64,000 bases of DNA from an uncultured Candidatus Saccharibacteria bacterium (GCA_964409035.1 CAYPBQ010000003.1:41530-105529), one strand, 5' to 3'. Counted from the first letter of the stretch, positions 38,621-49,474 are shown. The notes: a model not told the origin generated them from the sequence alone. Translations and numbers: made by a program.

Positions 38621-38973
38621 TCATTCACAAAAAACAGACCGGGTACACCCTCATGGGTAGCGAGGAGTCATACATTGAGGCAAGGCTCCCTCAAATTGAA
38701 AAATTACTCTCGACTCCACAAACTGCAAAAGTTGATATCGAAATTGCAAAAGAAGAACACGGCGCCACTCCATTTTATGCAGAGATAACAATAGAGGATA
38801 ATGGAAAGCTGTTTCGATCTTCTTCTGAGGCGGTTTCAGCTGAGATTGCGTTTGAAGAAGCTAAGGATGGTATTTTGCGGGAGCTCCGCGAGAAGAAACA
38901 TAAAGATAACAAAGATAGAAAGAAGTGGGGTGCAAAGCTAAAAGACATGTTTAGATTTGGGGGTAAGCAATAA
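38617..38973 (+). CDS. hpf: Ribosome hibernation promoting factor (HPF/RaiA family)
   Basis: 'LPQIEKLLSTPQTAKVDIEIAKEEHGATPFYAEITIEDNGKLFRSSSEAVSAEIAFEEAKDGILRELREKK' typical beta-alpha-beta-beta-beta-alpha fold sequence. Confidence 0.75.
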   Translation: MIIHKKQTGYTLMGSEESYIEARLPQIEKLLSTPQTAKVDIEIAKEEHGATPFYAEITIEDNGKLFRSSSEAVSAEIAFEEAKDGILRELREKKHKDNKDRKKWGAKLKDMFRFGGKQ

Positions 38974-39163
38974 ATAAAAAAGTGCCGCCTCTTTCGAGGC
39001 GGCTTAAGCGGGAGGAGCAAGGTAGGGGAGTATTGCGCTCGCCCAAGTCATGAGTTTAGAACGCATGAAATTACTGCGCGTGTTTGCCTGCTTGCCAGTC
39101 AGGCACTCATGACAAATTGACTTTATCATGTTGCTGATTTATGGCAAGTAATCAGGGTGGCTA

Positions 39164-39991
39164 TTATGAAGTATAGGGGCGCTCTTGCTTCCCTTCAGGG
39201 ATTATTTTAGTAGGGGAGAATACACCTTGTTTGTAGGTGGCTTCAGTTATTTTGATTCGCTTTCCTTCGGCGTCAAAGTAGAATATTCCCGGCCATGGGT
39301 AGAATGCGTTATAGGCAAGCCAATTTTTATATGCGTCGTCAGTGAGGCGTATTTCGCCCATCTCCTTGGTTATCTTTTTAGAGTAGGTTGCAAGTGAATG
39401 GTCCTGTGGTGAATATAGCGATATATCGCTATATTCGTTTGAGGTGAGTAGGTCCGCGAGGAGTTTGCCTCCTTCGTACATAAGGAGTGATTCAAGAACA
39501 TCAGCACGCATTGGCCATTCTTCAAGTTCAACACGTCCTTGCGCTAGGATAGGTCCATGATCCATTTTGTCATCAAGCTTCATAATAGAGACTCCAATCG
39601 CGCTTTGATCATCTGCGAGTATTGCAGAGCGCACGGGTGATGCGCCTCGATAGCTAGGGAGGAGTGATGGATGAATGTTAAGCACTCCATGTTGTGGAAT
39701 GTCTAAGAGTGCTTGAGGAAGAATCATCCCATATGCCGCAACAATAAATACATCCCAATCTGTGTTACCAAGCTCATTGATGAAGGCTTCAGTTATTTTT
39801 TCAGGTTGCAAGACCTCAATGCCTTCATTTGTTGCCCACTCCTTAACTGGTGGTTCAGTTAGCTGAAGCTTTCTCCCTGCGGGCTTGTCAGGTTGTGTCA
39901 CCACAACAGTGGGGAGTATGCCGTTCTCCTTTAGGGCGTTAAGTGCAGGGATAACAATGCTTGGCGTACCAAAGAAAATAATTTTTTTCAT
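39164..39991 (-). CDS. fmt: Methionyl-tRNA formyltransferase
   Basis: 'MKKIIFFGTPSIVIPALNAL', 'NIHPSLLPSYRGASP' ; immediately downstream of def. Confidence 0.9.
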   Translation of the reverse strand: MKKIIFFGTPSIVIPALNALKENGILPTVVVTQPDKPAGRKLQLTEPPVKEWATNEGIEVLQPEKITEAFINELGNTDWDVFIVAAYGMILPQALLDIPQHGVLNIHPSLLPSYRGASPVRSAILADDQSAIGVSIMKLDDKMDHGPILAQGRVELEEWPMRADVLESLLMYEGGKLLADLLTSNEYSDISLYSPQDHSLATYSKKITKEMGEIRLTDDAYKNWLAYNAFYPWPGIFYFDAEGKRIKITEATYKQGVFSPTKIIPEGKQERPYTS

Positions 39992-39992
39992 A

Positions 39993-40487
39993 TTAGCGGG
40001 CATGATACTCAATATCCCTTGCTTTCTCTATAAATAAAATACCATCAAGATGATCTATCTCATGTTGAAAGGCTTGCGCGAGTAGCCCCCCTGCGCCTCG
40101 GGTGAATTTTTCACCACGCTCGTTATATGCCTCTATTGTTACCCTAACGGCTCGCTCTACCTTGCCATACTTGCCTCGTACTGATAGGCAACCTTCTTCA
40201 AGCGGGATACGCCGCCGTGATGAGCGGGTGATAGAAGGATTAATGCAAACCAAGTCTTCCTCAGGATGTTCTGGGTCTTTTCCTAGGATTTTGCCAGATA
40301 CCACAAAGATGCGGAGTGATACACCTATTTGTGGCGCGGCTATAGCCGCGCCATCCTCTTCTTTATTTAGCGCTTCCTTCATATCCGCAATAACTGTTTG
40401 AATATGGGAAGAGGGTATCTCTTGAAGCGGCACTTCCTGTGCTACCTGTGAGAGGACTTTGTCGCCAATTTGGACAATTTTTTTCAT
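39993..40487 (-). CDS. def: Peptide deformylase
   Basis: Motifs 'GAAIAAPQIG', 'EGCLSV', 'QHEIDHLDG'. Confidence 0.9.
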   Translation of the reverse strand: MKKIVQIGDKVLSQVAQEVPLQEIPSSHIQTVIADMKEALNKEEDGAAIAAPQIGVSLRIFVVSGKILGKDPEHPEEDLVCINPSITRSSRRRIPLEEGCLSVRGKYGKVERAVRVTIEAYNERGEKFTRGAGGLLAQAFQHEIDHLDGILFIEKARDIEYHAR

Positions 40488-40561
40488 GTACCACAAGCAT
40501 ACAAAAAATGCAGGGTATTTCAATGGCTACAACATTATAGATACAATTAGTGCACCACCTC

Positions 40562-42454
40562 TTATAGCACGCTGTCAGGGTCAACCGTTACGGTAATATC
40601 GTGCGGAAGGTGTGATAGCACTTGAGATAATTCATTGTGTGGCCACTTGCCCGCGTCACATTTTATAAATCCATGCATCTCATATGAGGTCGCAGTCTTT
40701 CTAATGAGATGGGTGGTACCTGAGAATCCATACGGTACAAGCAGCGCCTCAAGTTCCTTCATTCTTTTTTCAACTTCGGATGCAGTACCACTTACTGACA
40801 CTTTGATAAGTGTAGAAAAGGGTGGGTAACCAAATGCCCCGCGTACCGCTAATTCATCCTTACAAAAATCACCAATTTGTCCGCGCATGGCGTGTTTAAT
40901 CAGGTCTTGCTCAGGGTGCCTGCTCTGAAGTACAAATACATCACTTGAGAGTTGGTGCAGCTTTATGAGTAATCGGAAGATGCGCTCATACATATTCCAC
41001 TGCGGGATAGACAATAGTGAATCAATAGATGCTATTGCGGTAAGTGGTATTGGCTCTCCTAGGTAGGGAAGTACCATGTCAGTGCCAACAAGTATTGTCT
41101 TTTTTTCACGGTAAAATGCTTCACACATTGCTTGCGCTTCTTTATATGTAGAGACGGTATCCGCGGTAAACTCAACCACTGTATGTTCAGGAAATAGCTC
41201 CTTTAGAGTATCCACCACTAAACCAGTAGATACACCAAAGGTTTGTAGTCGCCACGATGAACAATGGCGACAACGCTCGGCGGTGCTACGCACCGCGCCA
41301 CACGCATGGCATACAAAAAGGTTTTCTTTCTTGCCTTTGTGTACAACCACTGATGCTTCACACACATCACATCTAACCGTGTTTTTACAATCTTCACATA
41401 TAGTGATTGGAGCTAGTCCTCTGCGTGCGCTTATTATTAGTGCGCGCTCCGCGGTATCTATTTTTTCTTTAAGAAAGTCACTTATTATGTAGCTTGATGC
41501 TCTCCCTTCCTTTTTTTGTTCACTTCGCATGTCAACTAAAAATGCCTTTGAAGTATCAAGGAGTCTTTTGTGTAGTGGAGCTAGTTCATCAAATTCTCCT
41601 TGTGCCCTGCGATGAATTGTTTCTACACGAAGAGGAAGATCACCAAGTATAAGACGCGCATTAATCTCCTCAGCGTATCGCTCTACAAGTAGTCGTACAT
41701 CTATTCTTGGCGCATGTACCAATCGATAGTGATTACTTCCTTCTGACTCAATGATGATGGTGTGTATGTCATTTCTTGGTACTGCTACAAAGGTGCCAGT
41801 AGAGATGATAAGCACAGGATGCTCTTCATGGAGTGCTTTTTTCCATTCTGATATAAGTACTTTTTTTGATAGTGCTCCATGAAGCAGTACGATGTAATCA
41901 CTTATACCTCGAGCTAATGCGGATTGAATTTTTTCACCATCAATACGTGTGGGTACTACGATAAGTACAGATTGCTTCCTTGCAAAACATGCCCTAACTA
42001 TATTGCGGTATTCATCCATCCGCTCATCATCTGGTATTTGTAGTATAAGCTTTTCGGAGGTTGCATTTTTTACTGCAGCCTTAGGTGATTGAGGTGGCGC
42101 GTCCGGAAGTTCGGTAATAAGTTGAGTGGGTAGTAACCCAAATAATGTGCTCCCTACAGACGCGCAATAATGCGTCGCTGTCATTTGAAGCGCGCTAACA
42201 AACGCTGGTGAGATAGGGTTTTTATAACTGCGAGCAGAAACCTTTTTAATGGCATATGAGGCGCTCCGTAATACGCTTTTTGCGTCACGAATTTCTTCTA
42301 CCTCAACAATGAGGGCGGGTACTTGCTTTCCGCGTATTGGTACCTGGACTATGGCTCCAGTAGTAACCGGTAGGGTGGTGTAGTAGCTTAGTGTTGCTAA
42401 ACGAGTATTTCGGACTATGGGGCATACATGAATTAGCTTCATGATGTTTAGCAT
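40562..42454 (-). CDS. priA: Primosomal protein N' (replication restart helicase)
   Basis: Helicase Walker A region; Cys-rich Zn-binding insert 'CEDCKNTVRCDVCEASVVVH...LFVCHACGAVRSTAERCRHCSS'; start approximate. Confidence 0.85.
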   Translation of the reverse strand: MLNIMKLIHVCPIVRNTRLATLSYYTTLPVTTGAIVQVPIRGKQVPALIVEVEEIRDAKSVLRSASYAIKKVSARSYKNPISPAFVSALQMTATHYCASVGSTLFGLLPTQLITELPDAPPQSPKAAVKNATSEKLILQIPDDERMDEYRNIVRACFARKQSVLIVVPTRIDGEKIQSALARGISDYIVLLHGALSKKVLISEWKKALHEEHPVLIISTGTFVAVPRNDIHTIIIESEGSNHYRLVHAPRIDVRLLVERYAEEINARLILGDLPLRVETIHRRAQGEFDELAPLHKRLLDTSKAFLVDMRSEQKKEGRASSYIISDFLKEKIDTAERALIISARRGLAPITICEDCKNTVRCDVCEASVVVHKGKKENLFVCHACGAVRSTAERCRHCSSWRLQTFGVSTGLVVDTLKELFPEHTVVEFTADTVSTYKEAQAMCEAFYREKKTILVGTDMVLPYLGEPIPLTAIASIDSLLSIPQWNMYERIFRLLIKLHQLSSDVFVLQSRHPEQDLIKHAMRGQIGDFCKDELAVRGAFGYPPFSTLIKVSVSGTASEVEKRMKELEALLVPYGFSGTTHLIRKTATSYEMHGFIKCDAGKWPHNELSQVLSHLPHDITVTVDPDSVL

Positions 42455-42787
42455 AACAAAATTTGTACGTATGCGTAGGCTGCAATTACTTAGTGGTGTG
42501 GTGTAAATGTAGAGGCGGGACCTGTAAACAGGTCCCGCCTTCGCATGCTCGATCAACGTGAGCATGCTATTTGATTGAGAATGCGAGGAAAACTATCCTA
42601 CTCTGGGTAGATAAGCATTCTTCGTCTGCGTTTAAGTAATCTAAGCGCTCTCAATATGGAGAGCACAACCAAGAAAATTCTTGATTTCAATGCTTGGCAT
42701 ATTATCATGGTGTCTCTCCCACACGAATGCGTACCACACGCACCCTTCATGGTGATGGTAGTGTATTAGCCCAGCTTTGGCAAGAGA

Positions 42788-44122
42788 TTACTCGTGAAGA
42801 AGTGAAATATCTGCTCCAAGCGATCTAAGACGGGTAACTAAATCCTCATACCCTCGATTAATGCTGTATACATTACGAAGTATCGAATGACCCTTAGCGC
42901 CAAGCATTCCTATAAGTAGGATAGTGGCAGGGCGTAGTGCTGGTGGGCAAATAAGCTCTGCTGGTCGGAGGGTGGTTGGCCCCTGTATAAGCATGCGGTG
43001 CGGATCCATAAGCGTGGTGTTTGCACCGAGTTTATCTAATTCTGTGTAATAGATGGCTCGCTTTTCATACGTCCAATCATGAATAAGTGTTTGTCCAATG
43101 GCTTGTGTTGCAATTACCGCAAAGAAAGGGAGATTGTCCATGTTAAGTCCTGGATATGGACGAGAGTAGATTTTTTCATCAAGAGCAGTAAGGGTGGATG
43201 GTTTGGTGACGATATCAACTAGATCAATTTCGCCATTTCTTCCTTTGTACTGTTTTTTAATTGTGTATGAGAATCCCATCTTCTTTAATTTAAGAAGCTC
43301 TAATTCCAAAAATCGTATTGGCGCGCGTGTGATAGTGATAGATGATTTTGTGATGATTGACGCAGCAAGGAAAAACATCGCATCAGTCGGATCCTCGCTG
43401 ATAGCATAGGTTACATCCTTGTTCATGTCGGCTACTCCATGAATGGTGAGGGTGGTGGTACCTACGCCCTCAAATCGAACACCAAAAAGCTCTAGAAATG
43501 AGCACAAGTCCTGCACCATGTAGTTAGATGAGGCGTATCGTATGGTGGTAGTTTGTGGAATGCGTGCAGCCGCCATAATTGCATTTTCTGTAGCGGTATC
43601 ACCAGATTCATACATAACAAAGTCCGCACCTCGTAACCCAGCATGATGCACTTTGTGTGCTACTTCAGTGGTTTCGATGGACACTCCCAAATTTTCTAAT
43701 GCAAAGAAGTGCGGCTGCACAGTCCTGCTACCCAATTTACACCCACCAGATTGCGGAATGCTGAATGATGAAAAGTGATGCAGAAGTGGACCAATGAACA
43801 TAAGCAAGCTTCGTGTTTTTTGACCTGCTTCTTTATCAAGTGTGCGAAGTGATAGTTTTTTAGGTGGGGTGATTGTTAATGTTGAGCCACTCCATACGGT
43901 AGAAACACCAATTGACTCAAGTACTTCGATAAGTCTGTACACCTCTTCAATTTTTGGTACGTGGGTGAGGGTGGTAGTTCCTTTGTTAAGTAGTGAAGCG
44001 CACAGCATTACTACCGCGCCATTTTTTGAAGAATTTGTTTCGATTGTACCAGTGAGCTTTTTGCCTCCATGTACTGAAAAGTGCTTAGCCTCTGCCTTTT
44101 TTATTGGAATTGTTTTTTTCAT
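42788..44122 (-). CDS. murA: UDP-N-acetylglucosamine 1-carboxyvinyltransferase
   Basis: EPT-family two-domain enzyme; general MurA resemblance including 'GGCKLGSRTVQPH'. Confidence 0.8.
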   Translation of the reverse strand: MKKTIPIKKAEAKHFSVHGGKKLTGTIETNSSKNGAVVMLCASLLNKGTTTLTHVPKIEEVYRLIEVLESIGVSTVWSGSTLTITPPKKLSLRTLDKEAGQKTRSLLMFIGPLLHHFSSFSIPQSGGCKLGSRTVQPHFFALENLGVSIETTEVAHKVHHAGLRGADFVMYESGDTATENAIMAAARIPQTTTIRYASSNYMVQDLCSFLELFGVRFEGVGTTTLTIHGVADMNKDVTYAISEDPTDAMFFLAASIITKSSITITRAPIRFLELELLKLKKMGFSYTIKKQYKGRNGEIDLVDIVTKPSTLTALDEKIYSRPYPGLNMDNLPFFAVIATQAIGQTLIHDWTYEKRAIYYTELDKLGANTTLMDPHRMLIQGPTTLRPAELICPPALRPATILLIGMLGAKGHSILRNVYSINRGYEDLVTRLRSLGADISLLHE

Positions 44123-44148
44123 AGTTTTGGTGATTAGCGGATTATAGC

Positions 44149-45222
44149 ATGACGAAAAAAGATTGCAGTTTGCATAATTCTCTTAAAATCACTAGTATTG
44201 ATGGGATGCAATTTTTCTCTCCAAAATTAGGAATAGACCTTGGAACCACCACCACGCTCGTGTTTGTTCCGGGTAGGGGTATCGTTCTCAATGAGCCATC
44301 GGTGGTAGCAATATCTCAGCTTGATAAAAAGGTACTTGCCGTAGGTGATGAAGCAAAAGAAATGCTCGGCAGGACACCAGAGGAGATAGTGGCGTACCGC
44401 CCTATGAAGGATGGAGTGATTGCGGATTATCGAGTGACCGAGATCATGCTTAGGTATTACATGAGAAAGGCGCTTGGAAAGTTTAATATCTTTAAGCCAG
44501 AGGTAATGGTGTCAGTGCCAGCAGGAGTAACATCAACCGAGCGACGTGCGGTGGTGGAGGCGGCACTACGCGCGGGCGCTCGCAGTGCATATGTAATTAA
44601 AGAGCCGATACTCGCAGCGATAGGCGCGGGTATACCAATTCACGAACCAAAGGGTTACATGATAGTTGATGTAGGTGGAGGCACTATTGATGTTGCGGTG
44701 ATAGCCCTTGGAGGTATTGTTGCGGCAAAATCTGTAAAGTGCGCGGGCAACAAGCTTGATCATGCAATTGCTGACTATATAAAAAAGACATTCAATTTAG
44801 CGATAGGCGACAAGACTGCAGAAAATATAAAAATTGAGGTTGGCTCTGCGGTTTCTATGGAAGAAGAGTTGACCATGACTATCAAGGGCCGTGACTTGCT
44901 TTCTGGATTACCACGTACTGCACAAGTTCGTACCAATGAGATTGTAAAAGCATTGTCACGCGAGCTTCGCGACATGATAAAGGCAATAAAGGATGTGCTT
45001 CAAGAAACCCCTCCCGAGCTTGCTGCAGATATTATTGATCACGGCATTATTATGACAGGAGGTTCATCAATGCTTCGCAACTTCCCAGAGCTTGTACTCA
45101 GACGAACAGGTGTTAAAGCAGCACTCGCAAAGGACCCACAATTTTGTGTGGTAAAAGGGACAGGTATCGCCCTCAATCACCTTGATACCTACAAAAAGGC
45201 AATGGTATCTAAACGAGCATAA
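44149..45222 (+). CDS. mreB: Actin-like rod-shape protein MreB (paralog 1)
   Basis: 'GIDLGTTTTLVFV', 'MIVDVGGGTIDVAVIALGG', 'IIMTGGSSMLRN'. Confidence 0.85.
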   Translation: MTKKDCSLHNSLKITSIDGMQFFSPKLGIDLGTTTTLVFVPGRGIVLNEPSVVAISQLDKKVLAVGDEAKEMLGRTPEEIVAYRPMKDGVIADYRVTEIMLRYYMRKALGKFNIFKPEVMVSVPAGVTSTERRAVVEAALRAGARSAYVIKEPILAAIGAGIPIHEPKGYMIVDVGGGTIDVAVIALGGIVAAKSVKCAGNKLDHAIADYIKKTFNLAIGDKTAENIKIEVGSAVSMEEELTMTIKGRDLLSGLPRTAQVRTNEIVKALSRELRDMIKAIKDVLQETPPELAADIIDHGIIMTGGSSMLRNFPELVLRRTGVKAALAKDPQFCVVKGTGIALNHLDTYKKAMVSKRA

Positions 45223-45869
45223 TGAATACAGCATCAGCAAAAAGTGTGACATGGCAGGCGGGTACTGTACTGCTCTTTGTTGCTGTGTTTTTTGTTATCG
45301 GTGTGGTGGCAAATAATTACAGAGAATTGCTAGAGGAGGTGGTACATACTACAGGGGTGCTGGGTATGGTTGGGTATGTAGCTATAACCGCGGGAGCAGT
45401 TATAGCAGCACCACTTTCGACGTTTCCTCTTGTGCCTATAGCAGCAATGATGTGGGGTAGCTTTATAGGCGCGCTCCTAAGTGCGCTTGGGTGGTTTATT
45501 GGATCAGTAGCGGTCTTTGGTATTGGGGTATATGCGCGCCCCTTCTTAATAAAAAAAGGTAATGTATTTGAAACTGCAGAAAAACTAGGGAGTGTGATAA
45601 CAAAGCACAACGACCCACTGACACTTATTTTTTTGCGTATGGTGCTACCAGTTGATGTGGTTTCGTATGCGCTTGCGTTATGTAATCCGATGCCATTTGG
45701 TCGGTATTGCTGGACTACGCTTATCGGTATACTTCCATTTGCGTTTATATTTTCTTATGTCGCAAACCTTAGTATGTGGTACCAAGGGATAGCGCTTGCT
45801 GGGATTGCGGTGTTTCTATTGCTGTCATATGTGCGTCTTCATTCGTGGTACAATGAGCGGCGTGTATGA
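45222..45869 (+). CDS. Integral membrane protein (TVP38/DedA-like?)
   Basis: 5-6 TM helices; translationally coupled to mreB paralog 1. Confidence 0.4.
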   Translation: MNTASAKSVTWQAGTVLLFVAVFFVIGVVANNYRELLEEVVHTTGVLGMVGYVAITAGAVIAAPLSTFPLVPIAAMMWGSFIGALLSALGWFIGSVAVFGIGVYARPFLIKKGNVFETAEKLGSVITKHNDPLTLIFLRMVLPVDVVSYALALCNPMPFGRYCWTTLIGILPFAFIFSYVANLSMWYQGIALAGIAVFLLLSYVRLHSWYNERRV

Positions 45870-46522
45870 AGTCCTATCGCGCGCCAAAAGAGGTCTTTTC
45901 TACTCACCACGCATTTTTGTGTGTGGGTGATGATGCTCTCTCCAGAGAGTATCTTGAAAGCATGGGAATTAGCGCAAAAGCGCTTGGCGTAGACTATAAA
46001 GAGATTGTCGAATCTCCCTTGTCGATTGGTACGGTACGAACTATCCGTAGCATGCTATCTGTTCGCCCTATTAAGACGCGCGTATATACAGCTATATACG
46101 CGCACACACTTGCACATGATGCGATGCATGCCCTACTCAAGATGTGTGAAGATCCAAATGGTTCTAGCGCGTTAGTGCTTATTACAAGAGATAGTGAATC
46201 ATTGTTACCTACACTACGCTCACGTTTTGTTACTGTCTTTCAATCTCAAAAGATAGCCTCTCCTCAAGTGCAGAAAGATGCCACTGCCTTTGCCCGCGCG
46301 TCAGTAAAAGGTAGGCTAGATATTGTTAAAAAATACATCGAGGAAGGCCGTGAATCCGCGCTTTATTTTGTTGATACCCTCCATGAAATATTTCGCCCAT
46401 ATCACACCACGCACCCCGATAGTATACGTGCGCTTGTTACGGCAAGATCCTATCTTACTGATACCTCTTCAAGTACTAAGCAGCTATTGGAGTACGTAGC
46501 GGGGGTACTGCCGCGAACGTGA
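45866..46522 (+). CDS. DNA polymerase III delta'-like (clamp-loader, no Walker A)
   Basis: 'LLPTLRSRF' matches HolB 'LPTIRSRC' sensor-2 motif; lacks P-loop. Confidence 0.5.
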   Translation: MKSYRAPKEVFSTHHAFLCVGDDALSREYLESMGISAKALGVDYKEIVESPLSIGTVRTIRSMLSVRPIKTRVYTAIYAHTLAHDAMHALLKMCEDPNGSSALVLITRDSESLLPTLRSRFVTVFQSQKIASPQVQKDATAFARASVKGRLDIVKKYIEEGRESALYFVDTLHEIFRPYHTTHPDSIRALVTARSYLTDTSSSTKQLLEYVAGVLPRT

Positions 46523-46545
46523 TTTTCTGATACACTACCCAATGT

Positions 46546-47097
46546 ATGGCATATAACCTTTCAACCTTTAAAAAAGACTTAGAAGAAGTAACACAATGGC
46601 TTTCTCGGGAGTTTTCTGCACTTCGTAGCTCACAAGCAACACCGGCAATGCTTGATAATGTGCGTGTAGAATCATATGGATCATATATGCCACTTAATCA
46701 AGTTGCATCTATTTCGCTTGAAGATTCACGCACTATCCGCATTGCGCCATGGGACACTACGCAAATACCTACCATAGAGCGGGCTATCAGAGACGCAGAT
46801 CTTGGACTCTCTACAGTCGCAGATGGAAAAGGTGTGCGAGCAATTCTTCCTGAGCTTTCATCTGAGCGCAGAGAACAAGTGGTAAAGGTGATGAAAGAAA
46901 AATTAGAAGATGCCCGAGTGAAGGTGAGAAAACTACGTGATGAAACAAAAGCAGACATTGCAAAAAAAGAAAAGGACGGAGAGATAGCAGAGGATGACAA
47001 ATTTAGATCGCTTGAGGCAATGCAAGACATGGTGACCGCGATCAACAATGAGCTTGATGAGATGGCTAAGACTAAAGAAGCGGCAATTAGATCATAA
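46546..47097 (+). CDS. frr: Ribosome recycling factor
   Basis: Full-length RRF similarity incl. 'LDNVRVESYGSYMPLNQVASISLEDSRTIRIAPWD'. Confidence 0.9.
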   Translation: MAYNLSTFKKDLEEVTQWLSREFSALRSSQATPAMLDNVRVESYGSYMPLNQVASISLEDSRTIRIAPWDTTQIPTIERAIRDADLGLSTVADGKGVRAILPELSSERREQVVKVMKEKLEDARVKVRKLRDETKADIAKKEKDGEIAEDDKFRSLEAMQDMVTAINNELDEMAKTKEAAIRS

Positions 47098-47105
47098 TCA
47101 CATTC

Positions 47106-48209
47106 ATGAGCATACTAATTTTTTTTGGAGTACTTTTTATTCTTGTGGTGGTACACGAGTGGGGACATTTCATCGCTGCAAAAAAGCTCGGTATCAGAGT
47201 AGATGAATTTGGTGTCGGCTTTCCACCTAAGGCATATGGATTTACTCCAAAAGGTAGCGAGACTGAATATAGCATCAACTGGCTTCCTATTGGGGGCTTT
47301 GTGCGTATTTTTGGTGAAGACCCTAACGACGAATCAATAAATGGCCCTGATGGTGCCAGAAGTTTTGTGAATAAGCCAGCGTGGGTACGTGCAGTGGTAC
47401 TTGTTGCCGGTGTCACCATGAATATCCTACTTGCATATCTACTATATGTAGTAGCATTTTCAATGGGGATTCTCACTAGCACCGAATCTGTAAATGGTGG
47501 TGAGATGCGCGACAGGCAGGTTGTGGTATATGAGGCATTTGAAGGGGCGCCAGCAAGTGTTGCAGGGTTATCATCGGGCGACCTCATCGTTGGGATAGAG
47601 GGCGTCTCAAGTGATACGCCAGTAACCGGGCAAGCAATTACCGCGCATATTGCACAAGCTAAAGATAGCCCAGTTACCTTGTTGGTAAATAGCAATGGAG
47701 AGCGAAAGCCGATAACAGTAGTACCACAGACTGGCATACTCGAGAGTAATCCATCAGAGTATGCAATTGGCGTAAGTATGGGTGATGTTGCAATCGTATC
47801 CTATCCTTTTTACAAGGCGCTGTTTGTGGCAGGAGAGCATACGGCAAGTATGTTTTATCAAATAGTTGTTGGTCTCGGATCACTGCTATTTGATGCGGTA
47901 AGACTCAAGGCTGATCTTAGCTCGGTATCTGGTCCAGTGGGGATCGTATCACTTGTTGGAGATGCCTCAGCGCTTGGTATAGTGTATCTTCTTAGCTTTA
48001 CCGCATTTATCTCACTTAACCTTGCGGTTATAAACTTACTCCCATTTCCAGCACTTGATGGTGGCAGGCTCTTCTTCTTAGTAATAGAAAAAATCAAAGG
48101 TTCTGCAATCAATCCAAAAATAGCTAATACAGTTAACGCGGTTGGTTTTGCGTTTCTTATTATACTTATGGTGGTGGTCACCATAAGTGATATATTCAAA
48201 TTCTTTTAG
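47106..48209 (+). CDS. rseP: RIP zinc metalloprotease (site-2 protease, RseP family) with PDZ domain
   Basis: 'HEWGHFIAA' HExxH, PDZ 'GDLIVGIEG', 'NLLPFPALDGG' LDG motif. Confidence 0.85.
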   Translation: MSILIFFGVLFILVVVHEWGHFIAAKKLGIRVDEFGVGFPPKAYGFTPKGSETEYSINWLPIGGFVRIFGEDPNDESINGPDGARSFVNKPAWVRAVVLVAGVTMNILLAYLLYVVAFSMGILTSTESVNGGEMRDRQVVVYEAFEGAPASVAGLSSGDLIVGIEGVSSDTPVTGQAITAHIAQAKDSPVTLLVNSNGERKPITVVPQTGILESNPSEYAIGVSMGDVAIVSYPFYKALFVAGEHTASMFYQIVVGLGSLLFDAVRLKADLSSVSGPVGIVSLVGDASALGIVYLLSFTAFISLNLAVINLLPFPALDGGRLFFLVIEKIKGSAINPKIANTVNAVGFAFLIILMVVVTISDIFKFF

Positions 48210-48214
48210 TCTGT

Positions 48215-49474
48215 ATGAGACAAACAGCACTATTTACTAAAACAAGAAAAGAAGCACCAAAAGATGAGGTGTCAAAAAACGCTCAGTTGCTAATTCGCGC
48301 CGGGTTTATTCACAAAGAAATGGCAGGTGTATATTCACTCTTACCCCTTGGTCTTCGTACTTTTAACAAGGTATGCGACATTATTCGCGAAGAGATGAAT
48401 GCGATAGGAGGGCAAGAGCTTCACATGACCGCGCTGCAACACAAAGAGCTATGGGAGCAGACGAAGCGATGGGATGCTGATGTGTGGTTTAAAACTGCGC
48501 TTAAAAATGGTACCGAGCTTGGACTTGGTATCACACACGAAGAGCCAATAACCGCCATTATGCGTGATCATCTCAATTCATACAGAGATTTGCCACGCTA
48601 CCCATATCAAATTCAGTTAAAGTTCAGAAATGAAGAAAGGGCAAAAAGTGGTCTCATGAGAGGAAGAGAATTTTACATGAAGGACCTCTACTCATTTAGC
48701 AGATCAGACGAAGAGCACGAGCAGTTTTACGAAAAGGCAAAGATTGCCTACATGAACATATTTACCAGAGTTGGTATCGGCGAAAAGACCCATATCACTT
48801 TTGCTTCTGGCGGCATGTTTAGTAAATACAGTCATGAATTTCAAACAGAATCTGATGCGGGCGAGGATACAATATATATTGACGATGCATCAGGACTTGC
48901 AGTGAATGAAGAAGTAAATAATGACGAAGTGTTACAAGATCTTAAACTCTCACGAGCATCACTTAGACAAGCTAAGAGTATCGAGGTAGGAAACATATTC
49001 TCTCTTGGTACACGTTTTAGTGACGCGCTTAATCTCACCTATAAAGACGAAACTGGCAAAGAGCAAAAGCCAGTCATGGGATGCTATGGTATCGGGCCTA
49101 ATCGTTTAGTGGGTACTATCGCAGAATTACACAGTGATGAAAAAGGGTTGGTGTGGCCAAAAGGCGTTGCTCCATTTTTTGTGCACTTGGTGAGGGTGGG
49201 TGATGGAGACACCGAGGTAGCAACAGCTGATGCGCTGTATCATGAATTAACAGCTGCAGGCATAGAGACACTGTACGACGATAGAGCCACCTCTCCCGGA
49301 GAAAAATTTGCAGATAGTGATTTGTTTGGTATGCCGGTGAGGGTGGTGGTAAGCAAACGCACAATTGAAGCTAGTGCACATGAGGTGGTGTGGAGGAAGA
49401 GTGGAGCGGTTGAACATGTCGGAGCGGATTCCCTGATCAGTACTCTAAAAGCGGCACATGAAAAAATGGCATGA
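48215..49474 (+). CDS. proS: Proline--tRNA ligase (short form lacking bacterial INS editing domain)
   Basis: 'LIRAGFIHKEMAGVYSLLPLGLRTFNKVCDIIREEMN' N-terminus; class II motifs; 419 aa. Confidence 0.8.
   Translation: MRQTALFTKTRKEAPKDEVSKNAQLLIRAGFIHKEMAGVYSLLPLGLRTFNKVCDIIREEMNAIGGQELHMTALQHKELWEQTKRWDADVWFKTALKNGTELGLGITHEEPITAIMRDHLNSYRDLPRYPYQIQLKFRNEERAKSGLMRGREFYMKDLYSFSRSDEEHEQFYEKAKIAYMNIFTRVGIGEKTHITFASGGMFSKYSHEFQTESDAGEDTIYIDDASGLAVNEEVNNDEVLQDLKLSRASLRQAKSIEVGNIFSLGTRFSDALNLTYKDETGKEQKPVMGCYGIGPNRLVGTIAELHSDEKGLVWPKGVAPFFVHLVRVGDGDTEVATADALYHELTAAGIETLYDDRATSPGEKFADSDLFGMPVRVVVSKRTIEASAHEVVWRKSGAVEHVGADSLISTLKAAHEKMA

Noticed and set aside
38976-39003. Hairpin 'GCCGCCTCTTTCGAGGCGGC' after hpf as a terminator
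   Set aside because: The stem is good but it is followed by 'TTAAGCGGGAGG' rather than a U-run. It is possibly a weak or Rho-assisted terminator, so it is not listed as a confident feature.
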